Shown here piece by piece: positions 18,507-32,200 of a DNA stretch of 64,000 nucleotides; within the stretch, counting starts at the first letter, position 1, and every line of letters starts with the position of its first letter. The translations under genes were made by a program, and so were the position numbers. The notes beneath the pieces were generated by a model. That model had not been told where the DNA came from. It saw only the letters and a program-made list of their open reading frames with translations, and made no database searches. This stretch comes from Paraspadella gotoi (lineage: Eukaryota > Animalia > Chaetognatha): NCBI GenBank assembly GCA_051294375.1, contig CM119266.1:7898606-7962605 (forward strand), in the 5' to 3' direction.

Positions 18507-21500
18507 CCTCTCCTCTCCTCACCTCTCTCTCCTCCCACCGCCTGACTTCCCCGCCTCCAAATTTCTTCTCTCTCCTCTCTCTCTCTCTCTCTCACTTCTC
18601 TCTTCTCTCTCTCACCGCCTGATATCCCCGCTCCAAATTCTCTTCCTCTCTCTCTCTCATCTCTTTCTCTCTCTCTCCTCTCTCTCTCTCTCCCTCTCAC
18701 CAGCCTGACTATCCCCGCTCCAAATTCCCTTCTCACTCTCTCTCTCTCTCTCTCTCTTTCTCTCTATCTCTCTCTCTCACACCGCCTGACATCCCCCGCC
18801 TCCAAATTTCTTTTCTCTCTCTCCTCTCTCTCTTTCTCTTCTCTCTCTATCTCTCCTCTCCCTCATCCCACCACACGTTGCCATTGGACCATCCCGCCCT
18901 CCAACATTCTTCTTCTCTCTCCTCTATCCATCTCTTCTCTCTTCTCTCTAATCTCCTCGCCTCCCCTCTGCTTCCACCCCCTCACTTCTCCCGCCTCCGA
19001 CCAATTCCTCTCTCCTCTACCTCTCTCTCTCTCACTCTCTCTCTCCTCTCTCTCTCCCTACCTACTCCTATCACCCCCATGCTCATTCCTTGCTCTTCTG
19101 GCTCTCCTCTCTCCTCTCCTCTTCTTCTCCCAAACCGCCTGACTTCCCCGCCCTCAAATTCCTCTCCTCTCTCCTCCATCTCTTCTCCTCATCCATCTGC
19201 TCTCTCCTCTTCTTCTCTCCTCTCTTCATCCTCTCCTCTCCCTCTCTCCTTCTCTCCTCCCCCTCGCTCCCTCTTCTACCTCCCCTTCTCTCCCTCATCC
19301 CGCCTCCCATCTCCATCCCCCTCCTCCTCTGATCTCGTTCCTCTCTCTACCTTCTCCCCCTCTCTCTACTCTCTCTCTCTCACCAGCTGACTATCCCCGG
19401 GCCTCGCCGTCTTTTTTTATCCCCGCCTTACGCCCCCCGGCCGCCTCTTCCCGCCCAAATTCCCTCCTTATCTCTCTCCTCATCCACCCCATCTTCATCT
19501 CTCTCCCTCACTCCCTCTCTCATCCTCCCTTTCTCTCTATCCATCTCTTTCTCTCCTGAGAGATCTCTCTCTCCATCCACACCCCCCGTGACTTATCTCC
19601 CCCTCCAAATTCCTTCTCTCTCTCTCACTCCTTTCTCTCGTCTTCTCTTCTCTCTCATCTCACGGCCTGACTATCCCGCCTCCATTCTCCCCTCTCTTGA
19701 TCCAATGCGTCGTTCAACATTTGTTCTTTCGTTGTCGCCGCTTCTCTCTCTTTGTCCTTCGCGTGTCTCGTCTCCTGAAGGGCGTCTTTCTCCAGCTGGA
19801 CAAATGATGGAGAAGGAAGAATAATTGAATGATAATAAAAATAGTTATAAAAAACTTATGAGTTGTTACTATTTAATATATATATGTATCTTAAAACCAG
19901 GTTTCTTTGTTTCTCCCCCAAAGTTCCAAAATATTTTTTCTCTCTCCTGAACCTTTCCCAAAATACAAAACATTTCGTTCTCAACGTTTTTCGGGTTTTG
20001 TTTTTGTTTTGTGTTCAATTTAGGCAAATTCTGTCAGACGTAATTCGATTTTTTTTTCTCTCGTTGTTATTTTGTTTGTTTTTTTTGTTATCGAAAGAAG
20101 AGAAAAGAAGAACGTCAACTCAAGATGGCAGGAGAAGTAGCTCTTTTGTTTGATGACCTCACTTTCGGAAAGATTTAACGAGTCTCTTCTCACTCAATTT
20201 TTGGCAACTTTTCTTGCGGTTTGAGATTACTTCCATTTTTTATTCTTCGCTCGCTGCATATTTCTTTCTGTATGTTCTATTAATTTTATTATTTATTTAT
20301 TAGTTGAAAAGTTATACGAATACTTCTGTCTGTTTATCAAAGATTTGATTTGACAATATCAATAACGTCAATTACATCCAACGAAAAGAGATTCATCCCA
20401 ATCCTAAATTCCAACCCGGAAGTCAATCTAATCCTCCCACATCCGGGTCATCGATTTACCGCCGGAATTTCGTCTTCGTTTTTATCGTCGTTTCGGTTTT
20501 ATCGAAGTTTTATCGACTTCCGTTTTATCGCTTCTCTTATTGACGACTCCATTTCTCATTCTCAGTTCGGATAAAACGACGACGTCAACGAGTTACGTTA
20601 CGCCGCGCCGTACTACGTAGCGCCACGAAAATTCTACGAACAAAATACAAATCAAAAACAAAAATGATGACGCCAAAGTAACTCTGCGCCACACGAGTAC
20701 GTATAGATGTCGCGTCCTGCCAGGTCTCTTTAAGTCAAGCCTTTCTTCTTCTCTTTAAAAATAGAAAGAAAGGAAAGAGATTTGAGCCAAATTTTCAAGA
20801 CAGACGGCGACAGGTGGAGGCAGGTGGCGACAAATGGCGACAGGTGGAGGCAGGTGGCAACAAATGGCGACTCGAGAGAACGAATTCCCTCCGATTTTTT
20901 TAAAAGGAATTTAGCAAGAATTATTTTCGTCCTTTTTGCATAATCTTTGTAATTGAAACTTAAGAAAAAGAGTTTTCCAGATGATTCCCCGAAAATTCCA
21001 AGCGACAAATGCTCTTTTTTGGATCCAGGAAACAGATGCCCAACAAAGTTTTGTTTCCTTTGCCTGAAACCAGATGCTAAAAGACAAACTTTTGAACTTT
21101 TAAAAGTCTGTCCAACAGATAGAGATAGAGTACAATGTCGTCAGCATCCTCGTTGGTAAAAAACTTGGAAACGACATTCGATTTTCATTATTTAGGACAA
21201 AGAAATAAATTCTGACGACCTTAATGAATAATAAATGAATAGACACGTCGTGAAATGTTTTATTTGTCAATGACTAAATATTCGAATGAATAAAAGTCCG
21301 ATGATGAATCTTCACGATAATTTCTTGCCGACTCTTTGTCGGCTAATTGATTTAAAATGTCAGTTTCAATCTTTCTCGAGTCGGTCAGTCGGTTCTCCAG
21401 TTTTGCAGTTGAAACCATGAGCGCCAGATGCAATCCATTGCCGTTTCATTTCATTTCATTGTGTTCGTCGCCATCTTGAATTCTTCTTCGGCGCCGCGCG

Positions 21501-24500
21501 TCAATTCCGCGGCGCGAGGATTTCTTCTCTTGCGGCGCCAAGAAGGATTATAAAGGAACCTAGTGTCCTTATCTTTAACGAGCGGTTCTTTCCGAAGAGA
21601 AACGATAACGACGACGACGACGATAACGACGATAATGATATCCACAACGACGACTTTTTATCGATATAGTCGTCAACGACGACGACGACGACGACGACGA
21701 AGAAAATGACGACAAAGACGATATCGAGAAAGAAGATAGATATCGATAAAAAAATATCGAAAAAATAAATTCCATGAATTATATCGATGTAGAAAATGAT
21801 GATAAGAATGAAGACAAAATCAAAGGCGATGATGACAATGATTTTTGATGACAACGTGATTGAATGAAATTGGTAATATAAAAATTATCCATTCAGTTAA
21901 TTAATAAGCTAGCTTGCCCCTGACTTTGAACAGGCTTTGGTGGTTTAAGGTTCCATCACTCTTACAAGATAATGACATAGCTTTTAATCATGACTCTCTC
22001 ACCGTCTCGTTCATTCACTTTCAGATTACTAGGCCTGCATAACAAAGAATGTTTCAATTGTATGAAAAGACCAAAGATAATTCACGATGATGATAAAGAT
22101 GGATACTAAAGATGGTGACAATAGGGATAATTAAAATAAATTGTCAAAAAAGACAAAGACAACGACTAGCTACAACAACAACGACGACGACGACAAAGAC
22201 GCCAGATGTTTTTCCGCTTCGTTTACGATGAGACAAAATCCAGGCCGCAGATTCTATTAATAGAATCCCACGATTAACAATAAACATTAAACAATAAGAA
22301 AGTAAATATTAATTCCGACGTCGTGCGAGAAACAAAAAAAACTTGGTTCATTCTCGCGAGATGGCGGCGGCGTTCGGTAAGTTGGTGATTAATCACCCCC
22401 TAACCCCCCAAATCACCTCACCTGCAACGCCCTCTCCAAATTGGTGATCTTCTCTTCGTTTCCTTTCCTCTCAAAGTCCAGGGTTCGATCCGCGGTGTCG
22501 CGGAGTTTTTTCTCGTTTTCCAAGAGACCTGGGAATTAATTGATTTCCTACTCATTGCCTAGAGCTTATTAGAAAATTAATGATAATAAAGTGATTCATA
22601 AGTAAATAATTGCAGATTGTATTGGCCAATATATTAAATAGGATATTGTGGCGGTATATTCACACCGCCTCACATCCACTATCGTTAAGCCAATCCTCTC
22701 AGAGGGGGAACGCACCATCCCAAGCGTTGCGATTACCCACTGTATCATACATAGTGCGAAGCGTTGCTCATTTGTCTAATTATTAAGAATTTGATCCGAT
22801 ATATCGGCGATAACGATAGAATCAAATCATTCTCCTTGTTCTTTTGTCCTTCATTTCCGACTCACCCTTCAACTTCAAAATCTCCTCGTCTCTCGAGTTC
22901 ATCGTGTCGTTGTTCTCCTTCAATTTGTTCTGTTGTTCTTTTATCTTCGCGTTGAGTTCGTCGACGATTCGCTGCATCTGAACGATTTTCCCGTCGACTT
23001 CGTCTTTTTCCGCTTTGTTTTTGTTGCTCACCGCCTGAGAGGAGGAAGAGGAAGAGGAGAAGCCTTTAGAAATAGCCTTTACCGTGTTTTCTCGACTTGG
23101 CGCTCGATCTTCCCAGGACTGACATAATTTATTATTAAAATCAATTGATTAATTTAAAAATAAATAACAAAAATGAATTAAATATAACCAACCTGGAAAT
23201 TGAGCCTCTCTCTGGCGAGAAGCTCCTGCAGCGTCCGGATCTGCTGCGCCGCCAGGAGTCTCTCGCGCTGCACCTGCAGCTCCGCGTCCTGAAAACAAAA
23301 GAATAAACTATATAATATAGAAAATTAAATAATATAAAATATAAAATAAAATAAAGAAATCTGGCGAAATTAGATATTATAATAACCAGAACTTTAAAAA
23401 TTTATAACTCAAAATAAGCTTTTCGTAATTACACAAAAAACAGTTTTTTTTTAAAGAAAAAGGAAAGAGTTTGTTTTTTGTTTCTTTCAACTCACAGCGA
23501 TGGTGCTTCTGATTCCGCCGAGTCGGTCCATCCCTTCGCCGCCATAAGTCAGTCCAGTCTGTGAAAAGAAAAAAAAAAGATTCATGAATCAAACCTCAAA
23601 TGACGTTTGATTAAATATAATTTTCAAAAATAAAACTAAAATAAAAAAACAAACAAACAAAGAAACAAAACATAAATTCAGACAAGAATCAATCGACGAG
23701 TAAATGTTTAAGTCCTTCGGTCGCAGAGGGACGCAGATGGTCGCTGCTAGAGTCAACAGACGGTCACAGATGGGAAACGGATAGTCTCAGATGGGATTCG
23801 GAATTATAGACGATTTCAAATAACAATCCGATTTTAATTGGAATTCTTCTTTTATGTATTTGTTATTATATAAAAGGTAATTGTTTACAAAACAAGCACG
23901 AAGATTACGCCTATGACGAAATTAATGACGACGACGACAACGACGACGACGACAAAGACTTACGAAGTAAACGTCGGGCCATGGGTTCAGATTCTGCGGC
24001 AGACCGGCGAAGGGCGCGCCAGTCACGTCAACCGCCTGATAGTTTGCGTCAGGCGGTGACGGAAGATCGCCAGGTGTTCTACCTTTATAATTTCTTTTTT
24101 TTTGGGTTTCTTTTTTATTTTACGGATATAGATTTGATTAAATTATAAACACAAAATTTTAGTTCTCCTCAAGTCTCGAATGAATTATTTCGATTTTGAA
24201 TTTTAATACTTGATATTTTAATACTTTCAAAATATGAATATTCAACATTCCAGAGGCGTAGAGAAAGGAACCCCGCCCGATTTAAACAGATCAATATATT
24301 TTTTCAAAAAATAAATTCTAGATTTATTCTAAACAATGAATTTTAATATTCTAAACAATGAATTTTAATATCAAGGATCCTCCGCTCGAACGAAATTGGA
24401 TCTCTGCTCCTTTGAGTTTCATTCCATCGAATATAATTATAAAATTAAATAAGATAAAAAAAAACTGATAATGAAGGAGAAAAAAACTGGATATATCAGG

Positions 24501-25599
24501 TTTTCTGCGTGGAATGGATCTGAGTGATGGGGGGGGTGGAGTGGGAGGTGGTAAGGAGGGAGGGTGGAGGGATGAGGGGCGAATAAAGACTTTCTGTTTT
24601 GAAGAGAATGATGATGATGATGACAGCGACGACAATGACAACGACAGTCACGACGATGATGACTGCGGTGGTGTCACTAACGACGACAAAGATAATCACT
24701 GTCTTCAAGATAATCACTGTCTTCAAGAACCCGTCGAAAGAAGCAAAAAAGAAAGGAGCGAATAACACGAATAAAAATAAAAATCACCAAAGACCGAAAA
24801 TTAAATCAAAATAACAAAGGGGAAAAAAAAAAGAGCAAAGAAACCGGGAAAGACGAAACATAACGACAAGACGAAACATAACGACAAGACGAAACATAAC
24901 GAGAAACAAAATCCGAGGAAAAATGGGAAACAAGTTCGATCAACCCGACGACAACTTCATCGCCTCAAATGGAACACAACAACAACAACAACAACAACAA
25001 AGAACCGGAGGGGGGGGTGACGCCTCCACTCACAAAGTAAACGTCGGGCCAAGGGTTCATGTTGGACGGGAGGCCGGCGTACGGCGCCGAGGCGGCGGCG
25101 CCGAGGTCGACGCCGCCCGGAACGAACGGCGCCGGGCCGGCGACGCCGGGAACGCCGGTCGAGAGGCCGGAGGTGAGGCCGACGGAGGTGAGGTCGCGGG
25201 CGACTAAGTCGAGGGGCATGACCACCTCCACTTCCTTGTTTTTGGGTTGGGGGAGGAGGAGGAGGAGGAGGAGGAGGAGGAGGAGGAGGCGATTGGATTC
25301 CAGGAGGGGATGACCTTGTTTAATCTTTGTTTAAATATTCTTTTCATAAAAATAGATGATAAAGTAGTAAATAATATTAAGTATTAAGATTGCTTCCAAT
25401 TTGAATAATAACTAAAAACTTCTTAAGATTACTTAACATGAAAACTAAGCCATTTTCTCCCCGTGAATTTAACATTATAAATATAAATATAAATATAAAT
25501 ATAAATTCTCTTGTTAACCAAATCAAAAATGAAATCTCGCAAGGTCTTCCGTCCTGAAATTTTTGAGGTCAGTCTCCCTAAAGTTTCTGGACAAGGACG

Positions 25600-25652
<53 letters not shown>

Positions 25653-25886
25653 CCCAACGCAGTTCGAAAACGGTGTGAAAATACGATAAGAAATAATAAT
25701 GATAATGAATTAAATCAATATTTTGTTTTTCAACCATTAAAATTTATATTCGTTATTGATTTTTAAAAATGATTATTCTACTGGCGATCATCCGCCACCT
25801 GGCATCCGCTCAGCTCCTCAGGCATCGCCTTCCCGTCTTTTTTCGCCATCGCCTCCGAAAGACCGCCACCTGTCGCGGTCAGATGC
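14149..25886 (-). CDS. Long coiled-coil protein with Gly/Pro-rich head and short tail (family unassigned)
   Basis: Frame-consistent GT-AG exons: 25886-25799, 25234-25034 (alternative 24082-23964), 23558-23496, 23288-23193, 23034-22866, 22528-22422, 19795-~19664 (noisy end), 18198-18078, 17754-17606, 16201-16091, 15424-15266, 14762-14580, 14289-14149. Sequence is heptad-rich in E/K/R/L (e.g. QQIRTLQELLARERL, RDILRLQDLLERERL) and ends ...AGGSKYL*. The 5' end is uncertain. Confidence 0.8.
14841..14912. repeat. 18-bp tandem repeat x4
   Basis: ttaagtatctagtttaac repeated. Confidence 0.85.
18250..19690 (-). repeat. Degenerate tandem array of an exon 3' end + donor site + (GA)n
   Basis: About a dozen copies of ctcaccgcctgactatccccgcctccaaatt (minus strand: ...TGGAGGCGGGGATAGTCAGGCG|GTGAG) separated by (CT)n. 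Sequence quality looks poor. Confidence 0.75.
20806..20871. repeat. 30-bp tandem repeat x2 with four CAGGTG E-boxes
   Basis: ggcgacaggtggaggcaggtggc(g/a)acaaat twice. Confidence 0.8.
21864..22008. mobile_element. Dispersed repeat, copy 1 (homologous to 39925-40092)
   Basis: tataaaaattatccattca...gcttgcccctgactttgaacaggctttggtgg...ccatcactcttacaagataatga recurs 18 kb away. Confidence 0.75.
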
Positions 25887-25887
25887 C

Positions 25888-25921
<34 letters not shown>

Positions 25922-26026
25922 GGTGAGATTGAGATGGAGTCCAATAAAGAGATACAAATAAAAAGAAGAGTGTGGTAATAACGATAAAAAATAAAATGTG
26001 TGTGTGTGTGTTGAGAGAGAGTGAGT

Positions 26027-26106
<80 letters not shown>

Positions 26107-26245
26107 ACAAAAGAAACATGAGCAATATAAAAAGTATATAAAAGGATAGTGACATAAAGGGCACATGAAACACATAAGAGCATAAAAAATTGAATGATAT
26201 TAGCTTAGTCATTAATTTTCTTTTTCGTTTGTCATGAAGACAGAG

Positions 26246-26317
<72 letters not shown>

Positions 26318-26411
26318 AATTAATCCAGATAAACTAAAGAAGACAGAGTGAGACAGAAGTGAAAGTGCGAAAATAAAACAAAGTAAGGGTCTCAAAGAAT
26401 CTTACTTCAAA

Positions 26412-26509
<98 letters not shown>

Positions 26510-26679
26510 GAAAAAGAGACAGATGAGGCTTTTATCTCTCTTCACCAAAAGGCAGAAAATTCGTGAGACGACACAACTTCACACTTCAGCCCATTCTTCA
26601 CGCCCGATGCCGTCTCGGAGCAGAATAAAGACCAATATGAACAAAAAAATAGAGAAAACAAAAAAACAGAAAGATTTTG

Positions 26680-26710
<31 letters not shown>

Positions 26711-26718
26711 ATGAAGGA

Positions 26719-26806
<88 letters not shown>

Positions 26807-28236
26807 ATGAAGGAAAGAAAGAAAGAAAGAAAGAAGGAAAGAAAAAAAGAAAGAAAGAAAGAAATGAGAAGGCAATTTCCTTCTTCGTCGACATCTGCTT
26901 CGATTCGGTCTCTTGACCTCCGATGGATTTTCCCACGAGACGAAATCAACGCAAGAAAAAATCTTTTGTTTTTTTTTCTCCTTGTTTTCATTTCTTTCTT
27001 TTTTATTATTTCTTTTTTTTATATGACGCGGGAAATGGCCGAGAGAGGCGCTGATGGATTTTGGTTCCGCGCAATTGCAATGGTTTGGTTTTTGGAAACG
27101 ATTCGGTGGCGTTGGCGTGAGTATTGGCGTTGACCTGAGCATTGACTTTGACGTGAGTAGTGACGTGAACATTGGCCTATGCATCACTATTGCATCAGTA
27201 TTGACGTTGGCGTGAATATTCGCTTTGGAGTGAAAATTGGCGTAAGCTTTGACGTATTTGTGTTGACGTGAGGGTCAGAGTTGGCGTCGGCGAAGATCAA
27301 GTGGATTTAATGTTTTGAGTCTGAGTTTTATTAACTTCGATATTAGGGTTGCTGGTTTTAGGAATCGACGCCTTACGTGGGTGTTTATTTGTAATCGCAT
27401 CACACTATTCTTATCAAACTCCCGGGGTTCTGCTTCTTGAATTAAAACTTTTTTTTTCGTTTTAACGTTTAAAAATATTTTTTCTTTGAAACATATTTTT
27501 TATGTTTAAATTTGGTTCATTTTCAGAGAATTAAACATTCCTTTCGCAAATAGATTGACAGTTTCTGTTTGTTTATGCATAGAAATTATCCATCACCCGC
27601 CATTTTGTTTTTTCCTCTCTCCCTCTAGGGAGAAAGTAGAGAAACTCCCTTCACCCAAAAGAGGGAGAAATATTTTAATAAAATATCAGGCTAAAAATGA
27701 AGGCAGCGGCGAAAGCCGACCGCAATTTCGTGAATAGTTAATATAAACAAAAAAAAGTTCTATGATGATCTTTTGACCTCTGACGATAGATGGCGAAAAG
27801 GGAGTGGAAGACAAATAAAGCAAAACAAAAAGACATATGAAATACTTAATATTTAAATAATAAAACCATACGAGTTTTAACTGGTTAAATAATTTGTTAA
27901 ATAATTCGTTTTTTTTTTTAAACAGCAGTTTCGTCATTCTAATTCTATCCGTAGCACAAGTACAAATTTTAACTCTACTATAAATGGGCTCAAAATTAAC
28001 TGGCTTTCCTCAGAGTTTATTAAGTCCTTTCAGAAGAGGGCATTCTCTTATATTTTTTTTCTCCCCTTATATTTCTATTTAAACCTCTTTATTTAATACC
28101 TCTCTATTTGCAATTTATTTATTACCACTCTATTTTCAATTTTTTTAACAACTTAAAAAACCCTCTTCTATGGAGGGTGATAATCCCTGGCAGACAGAAC
28201 CTTTCTATCCCAATTTATCATCCCTCTCAAAATGAT

Positions 28237-28285
<49 letters not shown>

Positions 28286-29297
28286 TTCTTCCCCCCCCGT
28301 CTCGTCGTGAACATCTCTCTATTTCTGGAAAGAGGTTCGTAACTCACGACTCGCGTTTGACTTTTTGACGGAAACGAAAGATTTCCGGTTTCGTGACTTC
28401 GGATTTTGGATTGGGACATATTTTTTTTTGCGGTGACAAGAAAAAGAGAGAGAGCGAGAGAGAGAGAAGGAGAGAAGGAAGTAGTGGAAAAGAAGAGTCG
28501 GAGGGAGATTGAGAGAATACGGAAAAAAGTTAAGGATCCGGAATAAATGAAAGGAAAGGAAAGTGTTGTTTTATTGTTTTATCGAATCGAAAAGAGGCTG
28601 ATGGAAGAGGAATCAGAAATAAAAGAAGTGAACTGTAAAATTAGATGAAACTCAAAAGGCTGTTTGAAAATTTTAACTGTAGCTTCAAAGACTTTAATTG
28701 ATCCTTTCATAGTATTTTAATTATAACTTTCAGAAACTCTTGACATCGTTTTTCGGGAAAGTTAAATTATTTAAAAAAATGGGAACTGGACTGAACTTCG
28801 TGGGAAATATTTCTCGAAGATGTTATCGTATTTCGTTTTGATTTTAGGCCATGAATGAAATTGACTCTCATTAATCCGTCTTGTGTTTTTAAGTTCGATT
28901 TTTTTGCCCAAGAAATCGTTTAAATCAACACGCGAAAAGTCTATTATTATTTTTTTTTTATCATCGGGATTCCCCATGATTTGAAGAATCAGTCTGACTC
29001 AGCAAAACTTATATTATTAGATAAAACGCCTCTTAATATCTGGAAGATAAAATGATTATCTTCCAGTTTGAAGAATCTATTGTTTTTTTCGCGCATATAC
29101 ATCAGGATCTCAGAGCAACGTATACCTGCATTTCTCAATACTTTACTAATACTCATCACTTATGGAAGAATGATAACAATTCTCCAATTACCTGATCGTT
29201 GAATGTCATATCTACATGCATTCTCCGGAGCAAATTTTATTCTTTCGTCGTCTCAAACAAGATTCTCAATATCTAAAATTTTTGTTTCACAACGAAA

Positions 29298-32200
29298 ATG
29301 AGTAAAGATAAACATCGTGAACTTTATAATAAAGTCTGGGATCACGTGAAAGCGACTAAAGAATCAGTGAAAGCTCTTTGGCGGAAACACATTGAAACAT
29401 TGTTGGGTAAGAGTTGAACGATCGTTTTATCAAACTTTTAATTGAAAATTTGTTTTCGAACCTTAGCTTATTTTAATATATTTTTTTCTATGTCCTTTGA
29501 AAACTTTTAAAATAAAATAGTAAGAGACTAAAAGTGTTGGACATCACTCACGTCGTAATCCCGTCGATCTTATTTACCTTTTGTAAAAGTGTTTAAAAAT
29601 ATAAACAATCGATATTTGTCATATTTGTCATATTTGTCATCAGAAGCGTTTCTGTAATTCACAGACGCCGGCGCCAGTCCAACAGTCAGCTACGACTCAG
29701 CGGGCGACTTTCAATGTTCGTTTCAAGTTGCATCGATCACCGAACAAGTCGCCGTCATCAAATTGTTCGAGCAACACTTCAAAGGTCACCATCTGCAACC
29801 CATCGAAAAGTTGCATATCGCGGAAGTCGTTGATGTCAGCGATGACGAGGAGAAAGACTCATATTTTGAAAGTGAACAGAGTTTGAAAGACGGAAATGAC
29901 GGTGATACAGTTTCAAATGATGCGATAGCTGAATCAAATATTCCGACTGATGATGACGATGATTGCAAAAGTTTGGATGCAAAGACCCCGATGCTGCACA
30001 TTGATCGACATAACGAAATCAAAAGTCAGTTTGGTGAAGACAATCGAACCTTCACTGGATTCTTTGGTCGCCACGATAATGGCGGTTGTAGCCTCAAGTG
30101 CTGCTCAGATGGTCGATCTGGCAGCAGCAATGGCGACATTCTTGCAAGGGTCGGTAATGAAGTCGTTGCCGTGACGGAATTCCACAATTTGGAGAAATAT
30201 CATCGCAACGTCGAAGCCTTGACAAAAATAGGAAGATTCATCGATGAGAATTCCTCTAAGCGGCCACGCCCATCGTCACAGAATCACAGCAAACGGACCC
30301 CGAAGTCTTTGGCAAAAACTTCACAGGAATCGAGAAGCAAAAGACGAAGAAGATCGAATTTGATTCACAAACCAAAGAAATTCTGCGTCGCTCCTTTCGA
30401 CGACCAAGAAAATTTGCTTCTCTGCTACGGAAAATTCGAGTTTGGCGGGAAAGGTTACATCGCGACGGAAATTTGCGATGCGTCCATCGATCTCGGGATC
30501 GAAATCAGTTCACAGTTGAAAAATATTTTAAATTCCACAATTCCGACCGCACAGATCGAAGCGAAAGTTTATTCCACCGATTCTCCCGCTGTTTCTACTG
30601 GAAAGCTTCTGGCTAAGGTTTGACATTGAAATACTATCTAGGAAAAAAGTATATAACATAATTCATTTATTCAATAAAAAGTATACAAAACATGGGTAAA
30701 ATATTCTCAATATTTGGTATGCCCTTACTCGGTATCGACCACTGCCTGCATTTGCCTGGGCATGCTCTCATTCAGCAAATTGAGGTATGACAGTGAAATG
30801 TTTTTCCACATCTTTAATGTAATTATTTTCAGACCCGATATTGATGTTGCATGTTTTTCCCTCTTTTCTGAAAGCTATAATAGTACTTTTTTGAGCCAAA
30901 AAAAGGTGTATTGCCAAATTAAAAAAAATAATTAACTCTATTTGAAATAACAACAAATAATTAAATACCAAAAATAGAAGTAAACCAAATATGATTTTTT
31001 TAATATTTTTTATTTGAAGTAATAAAATTCTTTGGCCTGTAACTTCTAAACGATTAGACCTACAAAAAAATGAAAGGAAGCTACTAAAAAAAATTCAAAA
31101 TAGATCTAAAAAAATTCTGATTTTTTTTAAAATCAAACAAGTTTTCGATTAGATATCCTTTATTAAAAATGTTATATACTTTTTTCCTAGATAGTATTAT
31201 TTAAATTTTTGAAACATCTATACTTTTTTTTTAAAGATTTTCTAATTATCCTAATAGTTCCATATTTTTTGTTACTTTTTTTTAAAATGGGATTAGGTAA
31301 TTTCAAAGACTTTTAACTTTTTTTACCATTTATAAATCAATATCATTTGATTTTTTTTTAAATCAGGAGAAGAAGCAAATTAAGAAGAACAAAAATGTCG
31401 AAGAATTTAAAAATCCTGAATTAAATGAATTCATCCTTCTCGACTTGGCCCGTCAAATCTGGACTGCGGGGCAAATCATCTCATCAAGACTGGAATCTCC
31501 GACTTTAACCAGATTGATGCTGAAGTTCTCCAGAAAACGTGACGGCGTTTGGATCAACATCAAGGCGATGGCTGTTGAATTGAAGGGTGGTCCTGAAGGC
31601 ATTGACGATGCGATTTGGAAACGAGGAAAAGCTGGTTGTCACGAAAAAGGAAATTTGGGGCAACAGGGATCGACAAACGTGACTATAAAGGATTCACGAC
31701 TCGAGGGAAGTTTGGTAAGTCTAAATAAATTTGTTTATGCTTAACTTATTTTGTTTCTTCATTAGAGTAAATAATTATTACATAATCGATATTTACAAAA
31801 ATAAAAAAAAATAGTAGTCTGTGGACGCAACAAATTTCAGAGTAAGAACGACTTTATTCTTCAATCAGGTTATAAACAATAACATTAAAAAAGCTCAGAT
31901 ATTAAGTCTAAAACAATTGATATTAAAAGGTCAAAGTTGACCATAAAGAGTGAGAGAAAGGGAAAGCGATCGAAGATCAGTAAGGTCATTTGTAAACGAG
32001 GTTGCGTGTTGTTTTCGTTGTTGTTCCACAACACAGTAGTTCATAAAAATAAAGTAGACTGTAGCCTCGTCGACGAAATTAATTCTGCTCTTTTTCCATT
32101 TTTTTTAGTTCACAGCTGGAAATATTACAACTTATGGAGGTCCAGTGGAAATAAGTTTAAAAAATCAAAATGTCGGAGAAAAAAAAACTAAGAATGAAAG

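Noticed and set aside
25778-27187. Many hydrophobic or Lys/Arg-rich ORFs
   Set aside because: Translations of (GA)n and (GAAA)n microsatellites, apart from the exon at 25886-25799.
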